Assembly: GCF_964355755.1 (NCBI RefSeq)
Contig: NC_092676.1
Coordinates: 21,532,871 to 21,596,870, forward strand
Direction of reading: 5' to 3'
DNA length: 64,000 nucleotides
Source: Antedon mediterranea
Taxonomy: Eukaryota > Animalia > Echinodermata
Shown here piece after piece: positions 24,501-37,200 of the stretch; position 1 is the stretch's first letter, and every line of letters begins with the position of its first letter. Position numbers and translations under genes: made by a program. A model generated the notes under the pieces. The model saw only the letters and a list, made by a program, of their open reading frames with translations, did not search any database and was not told the origin of the DNA.

Positions 24501-25836
24501 TATACCGTGTAGTTTAGCCTCAAGGCAATACCATGTACCGTAGCTGGAGTAGCTTGGACAAATACAGTAGAGATTTATGAGACTTGGTGTGTGATGATTC
24601 AGTATGATAAATTTGTGCTGTGAAAGACAAAATTGTAGAATTAGGAAGAAAATATTGTAAAATATAACAAGGAAATTATACTATAGTATAATTAAGGGGT
24701 AACCGTATAATACATAATTAATAGTAATAATGGCAATTACTTATATTATGTATAAATTACAATATTACAAATAAATTCATATATTATTTTATTATAAGGA
24801 AATCTGTTTTAGAATGAGAAAAAGCCGTCCCAACACAGATTTGAACCCAGCTATCAATAAAGCTATAAAACAAAATAGACCATATTGTAGCCGGACTGGG
24901 TAGCGTAGACTTACTTGAGGCCTAGGCATAGTACGATTAGCTAGAAGGATACAGGTCAACCCGTAGTCCGTACCCATGCCATGCCAACACGCTCGTACCC
25001 AAATTTTGGTTTACATATATCCAAAATGTTGGCTTACTCCTACCCATCATGGGCTGCCTAGTAGTAGTAGTAGTAGTAGTAGTAGTAGCCTAGCCTAAGG
25101 CAGCAGGCCCGGCCCTAGCCTACTACAACTTAAGTCTAGGCCTAGCCTAGTAGGCCTCTAGGCCTAGCCTAGGCCCTAGTAGTTAACATCATACATACGC
25201 CCTAGAGCCTAGTAGTAGCTACCTACTACTCACTAGCTAGGCCTAGGTAGTAGCAGTAGTAGTTATTGTAGTAGTATTATTGTACTGTAGTATTAGTTGT
25301 AGCTGTCCGGTGATCCTTGGTCACTTGTCTAGATCCCCTAGTAGGCCTAGGCTAGGCCTAGTACGTAGTTATTCTTCAACAGTCACACAATTCAGATTCT
25401 GCCGGCCGCTGATTGCTAGTGAACAGGGGGAGGGAGAGAAAGAGTTAGAAGAACTGAAATAAGCCGTGACGTATAATAAACATCATACAAAATAATAATA
25501 TAACTAACGAATCCGTATAATATAATAATGTTGTATGTTATAAAGTAAAGTAAATGCGTTTAATATAATACAATTATATTATAATATAATGTATTTTATT
25601 AATAATATAATACTAAATGTTCATAATATAATGCTAAAACCAAATAATATAATACAAAAAGTCAATAATTTGTTACATTTTTCACATAATATATTAGAAA
25701 TAGATATAATATAATGCTAAAACCAAGTAATATAATGCAAAACGTATAATTCATTACAATACAATATATAATATAATAAAAAATTGATATAATAATATAA
25801 TATTTTGAATACTTCAGACAGCTGAGGCTTGCCATA
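18548..25836. mobile_element. Giant foldback DNA transposon, copy 1 (IS3EU-like, non-autonomous); arms 18548..22104 and 22288..25836
   Basis: Ends TATGGCAAGCCTCAGCTGTC / GACAGCTGAGGCTTGCCATA; 6-bp TSD ATTCAT (18542-18547, 25837-25842); mirror-image ORFs 20356..20544(+) and 23834..24022(-). Confidence 0.93.
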
Positions 25837-25842
25837 ATTCAT

Positions 25843-26650
25843 GGTATCTCATTTACATATTTTCTTCCTTAATCTGGTTGAGCATATACAGTATACCTGC
25901 AGATTTACATATTTCTTATCTTTTTTTCAGATTTAAACATTTGTAGGAGATTGATTTTTTTTTCTTTTTCCAATAAACTTAATATCTTTACTTTATAAAT
26001 ACAAAATGCTCCTAAAGTGTATAATTTATTTACGTAATTATTGTCAGTTTCAAATAAAAGTCTTTTGAAAGAAAAAACAGGAATATGTATGCTTACTGCT
26101 CTAATTATTTCGTTTATCTCTCTCCATAAACATTTTACTGTTATTCACTCTACTAACATATGTTTATCATTCTCAATAACATTGCATGTGTCACAACATG
26201 GGGAATTTACAAGTCTCCACCTATGTAATCTTTCATTTGTTGGCAATATTCTGTGCAACAATTTAAAATTAAAATGTGCCAGTTTTTTTTCTTTAAGACC
26301 AGAAACTTTCTTAACCCATATTTTTGTCCATGGCATGATGAGCCCACTGTTAATACAGCTGCTACGTGTGTGTATTTCTATTCTACATGTTTGCCATTAA
26401 TTGTTAGGAAAAGATATTATAAACCTTTTTTAATTAGCAAGACACACTGCGTTAATGCCATTAAGCCTATTACTAAAACATACGATTATACCATAATAAG
26501 AATAATCAGACCATTATATCATGCTCGATTCATTATCTTTTAAACAGTATATGAATCGGTATCTTACATCAAAATAATAATAACCATAAATTTCTCAAAT
26601 CTTATCTAAATGAGATTTTCCCCTTATTCAAATCAAGTTTGCTTCTAGCG
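25843..26650 (-). pseudogene. Degraded L1/Tx1-like LINE ORF2 3' fragment
   Basis: PWTKIWVKKVSGLKEKKLAHFNFKLLHRILPTNERLHRWRLVNSPCCDTCNVIENDKHMLVE* is a zf-RVT-type region with a stop at the final Cys position; boundaries approximate. Confidence 0.8.
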
Positions 26651-27025
26651 ATGATGCATTATTAACCATACAGTTTATGTGATACAAATTATTATATTTT
26701 TTGAGCGTCTTAATATCGTCAGTCTCGTCTCTATGGACGTCACCATGGAGGTCACCTTTTTAATTATCATTAGAATACTGACGAGTTTAATTTATGTTTT
26801 TAAAACAAATCTGCAAAAGATGACGTAGTAACCAAGCTACCAAACATAGCATATGCACAAGTTCCACATAGCAACAATGGCAAGCTAACATAAGGTGACA
26901 GTGATTTAACCAGCAAAGACCTTACCCAAGAAAAGGGCATATTCTCTAGTAGTAAGCCCCTTTAGTGATTGAGATTGTATCATATTGTATATGTTTAAAA
27001 AATAATTAATCAAAATATTATAAAC

Positions 27026-30000
27026 TATGGCAAGCCTCAGCTGTCTGAAGTATTCAAAATATTATATTATTATATCATTTTTTTATTATATTATATATTG
27101 TATTGTAATGAATTATACGTTTTGCATTATATTACTTGGTTTTAGCATTATATTATATCTATTTCTAATATATTATGTGAAAAATGTAACAAATTATTGA
27201 CTTTTTGTATTATATTATTTGGTTTTAGCATTATATTATGAACATTTAATATTATATTATTAATAAAATACATTATATTATAATATAATTGTATTATATT
27301 AAACGCATTTACTTTACTTTATAACATACAACATTATTATATTATACGGATTCGTTAGTTATATTATTATTTTGTATGATTTTTATTATACGTCACGGCT
27401 TATTTCAGTTCTTCTAACTCTTTCTCTCCCTCCCCCTGTTCACTAGCAATCAGCGGCCGGCAGAATCTGAATTGTGTGACTGTTGAAGAATAACTACGTA
27501 CTAGGCCTAGCCTAGGATCACCGGACAGCTACAACTAATACATACTACAATACAATAATACTACTACAATAACTACTACTGCTACTACCTAGGCCTAGCT
27601 AGTGAGTAGTAGGTAGCTACTACTAGGCTCTAGGGCGTATGTATGATGTTAACTTCTAGGGCCTAGGCTAGGCCTAGAGGCCTACTAGTACTAGGCTAGG
27701 CCTAGACTTAAGTTGTAGTAGGCTAGGGCCGGGCCTGCTGCCTTAGGCTAGGCTACTACTACTACTACTAGGCAGCCCATGATGGGTACGAGTAAGCCAA
27801 AATTTTGGATATATGTAAACCAAAATTTGGGTACGAGCGTGTTGGCATGGCATGGGTACGGGTTGACCTGTATCCTTCTAGCTAATCGTACTATGCCTAG
27901 GCCTCAAGTAAGTCTACGCTACCCAGTCCGGCTACAATATGGTCTATTTTGTTTTATAGCTTTATTGATAGCTGGGTTCAATTCTGGGTTGGGACGGCTT
28001 TTTCTCACTCTAAAACAGATTTCCTTATCATAAATAAAATAATATATGAATTTATTTGTAATATTGTAATGTATACATAATATAAGTAATTGCCATTGCC
28101 TTTATTACTATTAATTATGTATTATACGGTTACCCCTTAATTATACTATAGTATAATTTCCTTGTTATATTTTACAATATTTTCTTCCTAATTCTACAAT
28201 TTTGTCTTTCACAGCACAAATTTATCATACTGAATCATCACACACCAAGTCTCATAAATCTCTACTGTATTTGTCCAAGCTACTCCAGCTACATTGTATT
28301 GCCTTGAGGCTAAACTACACGGTATACTGGCACTACCATCATTCCTGGCTCGTCAACCTGTACCACATAAGCACAGTTTCAGTTTCAGTTTATTTACCAT
28401 TTCAATTTCTGAACATAAGAGATGAACAACTTATATGGATGGATAACCGTAAGAGCGAAGCTCGTTTACAGGACAGGACAAAGGTGCAATACTTAACAAG
28501 ACATGTGAACACTTGTGTTTGCAACCCCTTGGATAAAATAATATATTTATATAAAGGAGAAAGTTAGATATTATAATATTTCTTTTTGATCATACAATGA
28601 TAATTTTTAAATTACTTCTTAAGAAGTCATACTACTGATTCAAAATAGTGACTTACACCCTGTGGTCAATGCTTTATTTGCTCTTATGCTTATTTCCTCC
28701 AACATACAGAGTACATAGGACTTTTTTTATTCATAACTGTTGAATTGTTTTCCAATACATAGTACCTATTGGTATTATATCTAAAAATACAAAGGCGGCT
28801 AACACAGATAGTTCCATATATACAGTACTCTTTCATAGATAGATGTATCTCTCCAAACTGCTCCCAACTACCTAATCTAATAATAGTACTATTAGCATAC
28901 TACTATACACTTTGTAGACAAGAAATAAGTTGTATACACCTACAGGACTTATGGTAGTACAGTCGATCGCCCTCTCACTGGCCCGGTCAACATAATCTAT
29001 ACCTAGATTATTACAGTAATTAAAGTACATTATTACAGAATTTTTTTTTTTTTGCAGAAATCAAAGTTATGTGTATAGAAAGCAGTACTCGTATTAAAAA
29101 CTAAGCAGGTTGCAGGTCTTGAATGCAAACTGGCAGGATATTTTGAATATTGTTTGTTGTTGAAATGATGGAATCCTAACTTCAATTTCCACGAACTGGA
29201 GACGAAGACATATTATGACCCTTTTATTTAAATTTAATTGAATAGACCTCCATGTAAAGTCATTAAAGGCTACATGATTGTTTTATATTTTAATATGTGA
29301 TAGTAGGAAATCATTGTGTATAATGAGGACTATGAATCTGATATTTACTTGCATTCTTATCTTTTTAAAATATTATTTATAATGCCGGTAATGAGTTTAA
29401 AATTTAATTATATTGACTATTGTTGATAATCATCATGTCCTTATGAATTAATTTATACTTTTTTTGTGTAATAAAAGTTCATATATTATGTATTAAATAA
29501 ATTGGTAAGGCCCTATACTGTTATTATTTAAGGAAAGTTTATATACATTATTATTTTATGCCTACCAATATTAGTATTAATTGTTTATGTAAATATTTTG
29601 TCTAATTCCCTTGATTTTTGTATAGGCCAATGGCATCAATGTTTTTCTCAAAGCAAATTAGCCTAATAATGCCACATTTAGACACATGATTCATTGATTT
29701 CTGATATTCTGTACTTGTGTATGCATTACTAAAATAGTAGTTAATATATTTCATTTATAATGTATGTATAAACATATAGTCATATTTTTTTTAAACATTT
29801 TTAAATTTAAAAATTATTACAATACCTATCTACCTTTCTGATATTGTTACTATTATATAATATTTTTTGAGGCAGCAATAAAAAAAAATTAAAAAATTTA
29901 TTTGACTTATACTGTACTATGTTAGTTCAGGAGATGAAGTGTGTGTGGGCAGAAACTAGTGTGTTGGAGGTTGGTGGTGTGAGGTGTTTAGTTGTCACTT

Positions 30001-33000
30001 TAAGACCTAAATTAGATGTTTTCTGAAGAAAAGAAGTAAGCGGATACGCTTTCAAACAACTCCAAGAAGATTCACACAAAAATAATTACTTTCCAATAAA
30101 ATAGTATAACAGTGTATGTTACAGTACATTGAATAAACTCGAGCGGAATAATAACGCACATAAAAAACATTCATTTTCTTGTCGAAAAGTGCCCTCTCTA
30201 GTTTTCTATTAATTTATTAATAATTATTATCAATTAATGAGTAATATAAACATATTTTTAAAATTTAATGCTGGAAACTGTATCTACTCCTAACAAAGTT
30301 TCATATCTCCAAATTTCATCAACGTATTCAAAGCACTTAAATAAATTACATTTAACATTACAAATTCAGGTTTTGGATATAATTTTGCTTAAAAACATAT
30401 ACAAAAAACATCGATAAAAAATACTTTTCGTATTCAAAAACATTTGATACTTGGTATAAATGTTCAATATAGGTTGCTCCATCCATATTGCAAACAAAAA
30501 ATAACTATCAAGCCATATCACTGATTTTTTAAATTTACGTTTTTACAAAATGTACACTTATGAACGACCATACAATTCCAACTCATTTTTTTCAAGCTAA
30601 TAACTATTTTGAAAAAAACGACCAACAAAAAACGTTCATGAATGCAATTTTTTTTCTGTGAATAGAGCAACCTATAGTGAACATTTATACCAAGTATCAA
30701 ATGTTTTTGAATACGAAAAGTATTTTTTATCGATGTTTTTTGTATATGTTTTTAAGCAAAATTCTATCCAAAACCCGAATTTTTATGTTAAATGTGATAT
30801 TTAATATTGAAGTGCTTTGAATACGTTGATGAAATTTGGAGATATGAAACTTTGTTAGGAGTAGAACCAGCTTCCAGCATTGAATATTAAAAATATGTTC
30901 ATATTACTCATTAATTAATAATAATTATTAATAAATTAATAGAAAACTAGAGAGGGCACTTTTCGAAAAGAAAATGAATGTTTTTTTATGTGCGTTATTA
31001 TTCCGCTCGAGTTTATTCAATGTACTGTAATATACACTGTTATACTACTTTATTGGAAAGTAATTATTTTTGTGTGAATCTTCTTGGAGTTGTTTGAAAG
31101 CGTATCCGCTTACTTCTTTTCTTCAGAAAACATCTAATTTAGGTCTTAAAGTGACAACTAAACACCTCACACCACCAACATCCAACACACTAGTTTCTGC
31201 CCACACACACACTTTATCTCCTGAACTAACATAGTACAGTATAACTCAAATTAATTGTTCTAATTTTTTTTTTATTGCTGCCTCAAAGAATATTATATAA
31301 AGGTAAAACAATATCAGAAAGGTAGATAGGTATTGTAATAATTTTTTAATTTAAAAATGTTAAAAACAATGTGAATATATGTTTATACATACATTATAAA
31401 TGAAATATATTAACTACTATTTTAGTAATGCATACACAAGTACAGAATATCAGAAATAAATGAATCATGTGTCTAAATGTGGCATTATTAGGCTAATTTG
31501 CTTTGAGAAAAACATTGATGCCATTGGCCTATACAAAAAATCAAGGCAATTAGACAAAATATTTACATAAACAATTAATACTAATATTGGTAGGCATAAA
31601 ATAATAGTGTATATAAACTTTCCTTAAATAGTAACAGTATAGGGCCTTACCAATTTACTTAATACATAATATATGAACTATATTACACGAAAGAAATATA
31701 AATGAATTTATAAGGACATGATGATTATCAAAAATAGTCAATAATTAAATTTTAAACTCATTACCGGCATTATAAATAATAATTTAAAAAGATGAGAATG
31801 CAAGTAAATATCAGATTCATAGTCCTCATTATACACAATGATTTTCTACTATCACATATTAAAATATAAAACAATCATGTAGCCTTTAATGAGTTTACAT
31901 GGAGGTCTATTCAAATAAATTTAAATAAAAGGGTTCGTGGAAATTGAAGTTAGGATTCCATCATTTCAACAACAAAAATATTCAAAATATCCTGCCAGTT
32001 TGCGTTCAAGACCTGCAACCTGCTTAGTTTTTAATACGAGTACTGCTTTCTATACACATAACTTTGATTTCTGCAAAAAAAAAACAACCCTGTAATAATG
32101 TACTTTAATTACTGTAATAATCTAGGTATAGATTATGTTGACCGGGCCAGTGAGAGGGCGATCGACTGTACTACCATAAGTCCTCTAGTGTATACAACTT
32201 ATTTCTTGTCTACAAAGTGTATAGTAGTATGCTAATAGTACTATTATTAGATTAGGTAGTTGGGAGTAGTTTGGAGAGATACATTTATTTATAAAAGAGT
32301 ACTGTATATATGGAACTATCTGTGTTAGCCGCCTTTGTATTTTTAGATATAATACCAATAGGTACTATGTATTGGGAAACAATTCAACAGTTATGAATAA
32401 AAAAAGTCCTATGTACTCTGTATGTTGGAGGAAATAAGCATAAGAGCAAAGAAGCCTTGACCACAGGGTGTAAGTCTCTATTTTGAATCAGTAGTATGAC
32501 TTCTTAAGAAGTAATTAAAAAATTATCATTGTATGATCAAAAAGAAATATTATAATATCTAACTTTCTCCATTATATAAATATATTATTTTATCCAAGGG
32601 GTTGCAAACACAAGTGTTCACATGTCTTGTTAAGTATTGCACCTTTGTCCTGTCTTTATGTTGTCTGTAATGTCACTGCACTAACGGGTGGCCGGTAAAC
32701 GAGCTTCGCTCTTACGGTTATCCATCCATATAAGTTGTTCATCTCTTATGTTCAGAAATTGAAATGGTAAATAAACTCAAACTGAAACTGTGCTTATGTG
32801 GTACAGGTTGACGAGACAGGAATGATGGTAGTGCCAGTATACCGTGTAGTTTAGCCTCAAGGCAATACAATGTAGCTGGAGTAGCTTGGACAAATACAGT
32901 AGAGATTTATGAGACTTGGTGTGTGATGATTCAGTATGATAAATTTGTGCTGTGAAAGACAAAATTGTAGAATTAGGAAGAAAATATTGTAAAATATAAC

Positions 33001-34112
33001 AAGGAAATTATACTATAGTATAATTAAGGGGTAACCGTATAATACATAATTAATAGTAATAAAGGCAATGGCAATTACTTATGTATACATTACAATATTA
33101 CAAATAAATTCATATATTATTTTATTATGATAAGGAAATCTGTTTTAGAATGAGAAAAAGCCGTCCCAACCCAGATTTGAACCCAGCTATCAATAAAGCT
33201 ATAATTAAACAAAATAGACCATATTGTAGCCGGACTGGGTAGCGTAGACTTACTTGAGGCCTAGGCATAGTACGATTAGCTAGAAGGATACAGGTCAACC
33301 CATACCCATGCCATGCCAACACGCTCGTACCGAAATTTTGGTTTACATATATCCAAAATTTTGGCTTACTCGTACCCATCATGGGCTGCCTAGTAGTAGT
33401 AGTAGTAGCCTAGCCTAAGGCAGCAGGCCCGGCCCTAGCCTACTACAACTTAAGTCTAGGCCTAGCCTAGTACTAGTAGGCCTCTAGGCCTAGCCTAGGC
33501 CCTAGTAGTTAACATCATACATACGCCCTAGAGCCTAGTAGTAGCTACCTACTACTCACTAGCTAGGCCTAGGTAGTAGCAGTAGTTATTGTAGTAGTAT
33601 TAGTTGTAGCTGTCCGGTGATCCTAGGCTAGGCCTAGTACGTAGTTATTCTTCAACAGTCACACAATTCAGATTCTGCCGGCCGCTGATTGCTAGTGACC
33701 AGGGGGAGGGAGAGAAAGAGTTAGAAGAACTGAAATAAGCCGTGACGTATAATAAACATCATACAAAATAATAATATAACTAACGAATCCGTATAATATA
33801 ATAATGTTGTATGTTATAAAGTAAAGTAAACGCGTTTAATATAATACAATTATATTATAATATAATGTATTTTATTAATAATATAATATTAAATGTTCAT
33901 AATATAATGCTAAAACCAAATAATATAATACAAAAAGTCAATAATTTGTTACATTTTTCACATAATATATTAGAAATAGATATAATATAATGCTAAAACC
34001 AAGTAATATAATGCAAAACGTATAATTCATTACAATACAATATATAATATAATAAAAAAATGATATAATAATATAATATTTTGAATACTTCAGACAGCTG
34101 AGGCTTGCCATA
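27026..34112. mobile_element. Giant foldback DNA transposon, copy 2; spacer 30480..30664
   Basis: Same termini; 6-bp TSD ATAAAC (27020-27025, 34113-34118). Confidence 0.93.
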
Positions 34113-34203
34113 ATAAACCACTCTTTTTACTGGCATTTTGAGATCTGATCTATAATGGTTACGTGTCTGTTTGTAATACCTATGATTACGAACTATAGGC
34201 CAG

Positions 34204-37200
34204 TATGGCAAGCCTCAGCTGTCTGAAGTATTCAAAATATTATATTATTATATCATTTTTTTATTATATTATATATTGTATTGTAATGAATTATACGTTT
34301 TGCATTATATTACTTGGTTTTAGCATTATATTATATCTATTTCTAATATATTATGTGAAAAATGTAACAAATTATTGACTTTTTGTATTATATTATTTGG
34401 TTTTAGCATTATATTATGAACATTTAATATTATATTATTAATAAAATACATTATATTATAATATAATTGTATTATATTAAACGCATTTACTTTACTTTAT
34501 AACATACAACATTATTATATTATACGGATTCGTTAGTTATATTATTATTTTGTATGATTTTTATTATACGTCACGGCTTATTTCAGTTCTTCTAACTCTT
34601 TCTCTCCCTCCCCCTGTTCACTAGCAATCAGCGGCCGGCAGAATCTGAATTGTGTGACTGTTGAAGAATAACTACGTACTAGGCCTAGCCTAGGCCTACT
34701 AGGGGATCTAGACAAGTGACCAAGGATCACCAGACAGCTACAACTAATACTACAATACAATAATACTACTACAATACTACTACCTAGGCCTAGCTAGTGA
34801 GTAGTAGGTAGCTACTACTAGGCTCTAGGGCGTATGTATGATGTTAACTTAGGGCCTAGGCTAGGCCTAGAGGCCTACTAGTACTAGGCTAGGCCTAGAC
34901 TTAAGTTGTAGTAGGCTAGGGCCGGGCCTGCTGCCTTAGGCTAGGCTACTACTACTACTAGGCAGCCCATGATGGGTACGAGTAAGCCAAAATTTTGGAT
35001 ATATGTAAACCAAAATTTGGGTACGAGCGTGTTGGCATGGCATGGGTACGGGTTGACCTGTATCCTTCTAGCTAATCGTACTATGCCTAGGCCTCAAGTA
35101 AGTCTACGCTACCCAGTCCGGCTACAATATGGTCTATTTTGTTTTATAGCTTTATTGATAGCTGGGTTCAAATCTGTGTTGGGACGGCTTTTTCTCATTC
35201 TAAAACAGATTTCCTTATAATAAAATAATATATGAATTTATTTGTAATATTGTAATGTATACATAATATAAGTAGGCCTAATTGCCATTGCCTTTATTAC
35301 TATTAATTATGTATTATACGGTTACCCCTTAATTATACTATAGTATAATTTCCTTGTTATATTTTACAATATTTTCTTCCTAATTCTACAATTTTGTTTT
35401 TCACAGCACAAATTTATCATACTGAATCATCACACACCAAGTCTCATAAATCTCTACTGTATTTGTCCAAGCTACTCCAGCTACGGTACATGGTATTGCC
35501 TTGAGGCTAAACTACACGGTATACTGGCACTACCATCATTCCTGGCTCGTCAACCTGTACCACATAAGCACAGTTTCAGTTTGAGTTTATTTACCATTTC
35601 AATTTCTGAACATAAGAGATGAACAACTTGTATGGATGGATAACCGTAAGAGCGAAGCTCGTTTACCGGTCACCCGTTAGTGCAGTGACATTACAGACAA
35701 CATAAAGACAGGACAAAGGTGCAATACTTAACAAGACATGTGAACACTTGTGTTTGCAACCCCTTGGATAAAATAATATATTTATATAATGGAGAAAGTT
35801 AGATATTATAATATTTCTTTTTGATCATACAATGATAATTTTTAAATTACTTCTTAAGAAGTCATACTACTGATTCAAAATAGTGACTTACACCCTGTGG
35901 TCCAGGCTTTCTTTGCTCTTATGCTTATTTCCTCCAACATACAGAGTACATAGGACTTTTTTTATTCATAACTGTTGAATTGTTTCCCAATACATAGTAC
36001 CTATTGGTATTATATCTAAAAATACAAAGGCGGCTAACACAGATAGTTCCATATTATACAGTACTCTTTTATAATTAAATGTATCTCTCCAAACTACTCC
36101 CAACTACCTAATCTAATAATAGTACTATTAGCATACTACTATACACTTTGTAGACAAGAAATAAGTTGTATACACTAGAGGACTTATGGTAGTACAGTCG
36201 ATCGCCCTCTCACTGGCCCGGTCAACATAATCTATACCTAGATTATTACAGTAATTAAAGTACATTATACAGAGTATTTTTTTTTTTACAGAAATCAAAG
36301 TTATGTGTATAGAAAGCAGTACTCGTATTAAAAACTAAGCAGGTTGCAGGTCTTGAACGCAAACTGACAGGATATTTTGAATGTTTTTTGTTGTTGAAAT
36401 GATGGAATCCTAACTTCAATTTCCACGAACTGGAGACGAAGACATATTATGACCCTTTTATTTAAATTTATTTGAATAGACCTCCATGTAAACTCATTAA
36501 AGGCTACATGATTGTTTTATATTTTAGTATGTGATAGTAGAAAATCATTGTGTATAATGAGGACTATGAATCTGATATTTACTTGCATTCTCATCTTTTT
36601 AAATTATTATTTATAATGCCGGTAATGAGTTTAAAATTTAATTATTGACTATTTTTGATAATCATCATGTCCTTATAAATTCATTTATCTTTCTTTTGTG
36701 TAATATAGTTCATATATTATGTATTAAATAAATTGGTAAGGCCCTATACTGTTTATATTTAAGGAAAGTTTATATACACTATTATTTTATGCCTACCAAT
36801 ATTAGTATTAATTGTTTATGTAAATATTTTGTCTAATTGCCTTGATTTTTTGTATAGGCCAATGGCATCAATGTTTTTCTCAAAGCAAATTAGCCTAATA
36901 ATGCCACATTTAGACACATGATTCATTGATTTCTGATATTCTGTACTTGTGTATGCATTACTAAAATAGTAGTTAATATATTTCATTTATAATGTATGTA
37001 TAAACATATATTCATATTTTTTTAAACATTTTTAAATTTAAAAATTATTACAATACCTATCTACCTTTCTGATATTGTTACTATTATATAATATTCTTTG
37101 AGGCAGCAATAAAAAAAAAATTATAACCATTAATTTGAGTTATACTGTACTATGTTAGTTCAGGAGATGAAGTGTGTGTGTGGGCAGAAACTAGTGTGTT

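Noticed and set aside
18548-25836. Polinton/Maverick assignment based on the 6-bp TSD and long TIRs
   Set aside because: Ends are TATGG..CCATA rather than AG..CT with short terminal repeats, and there are no polB, integrase or capsid ORFs.
34119-34197. Possible LINE ORF2 linker fragment (YKQTRNHYRSDLK on the minus strand) between copies 2 and 3
   Set aside because: Too short to support without a search.
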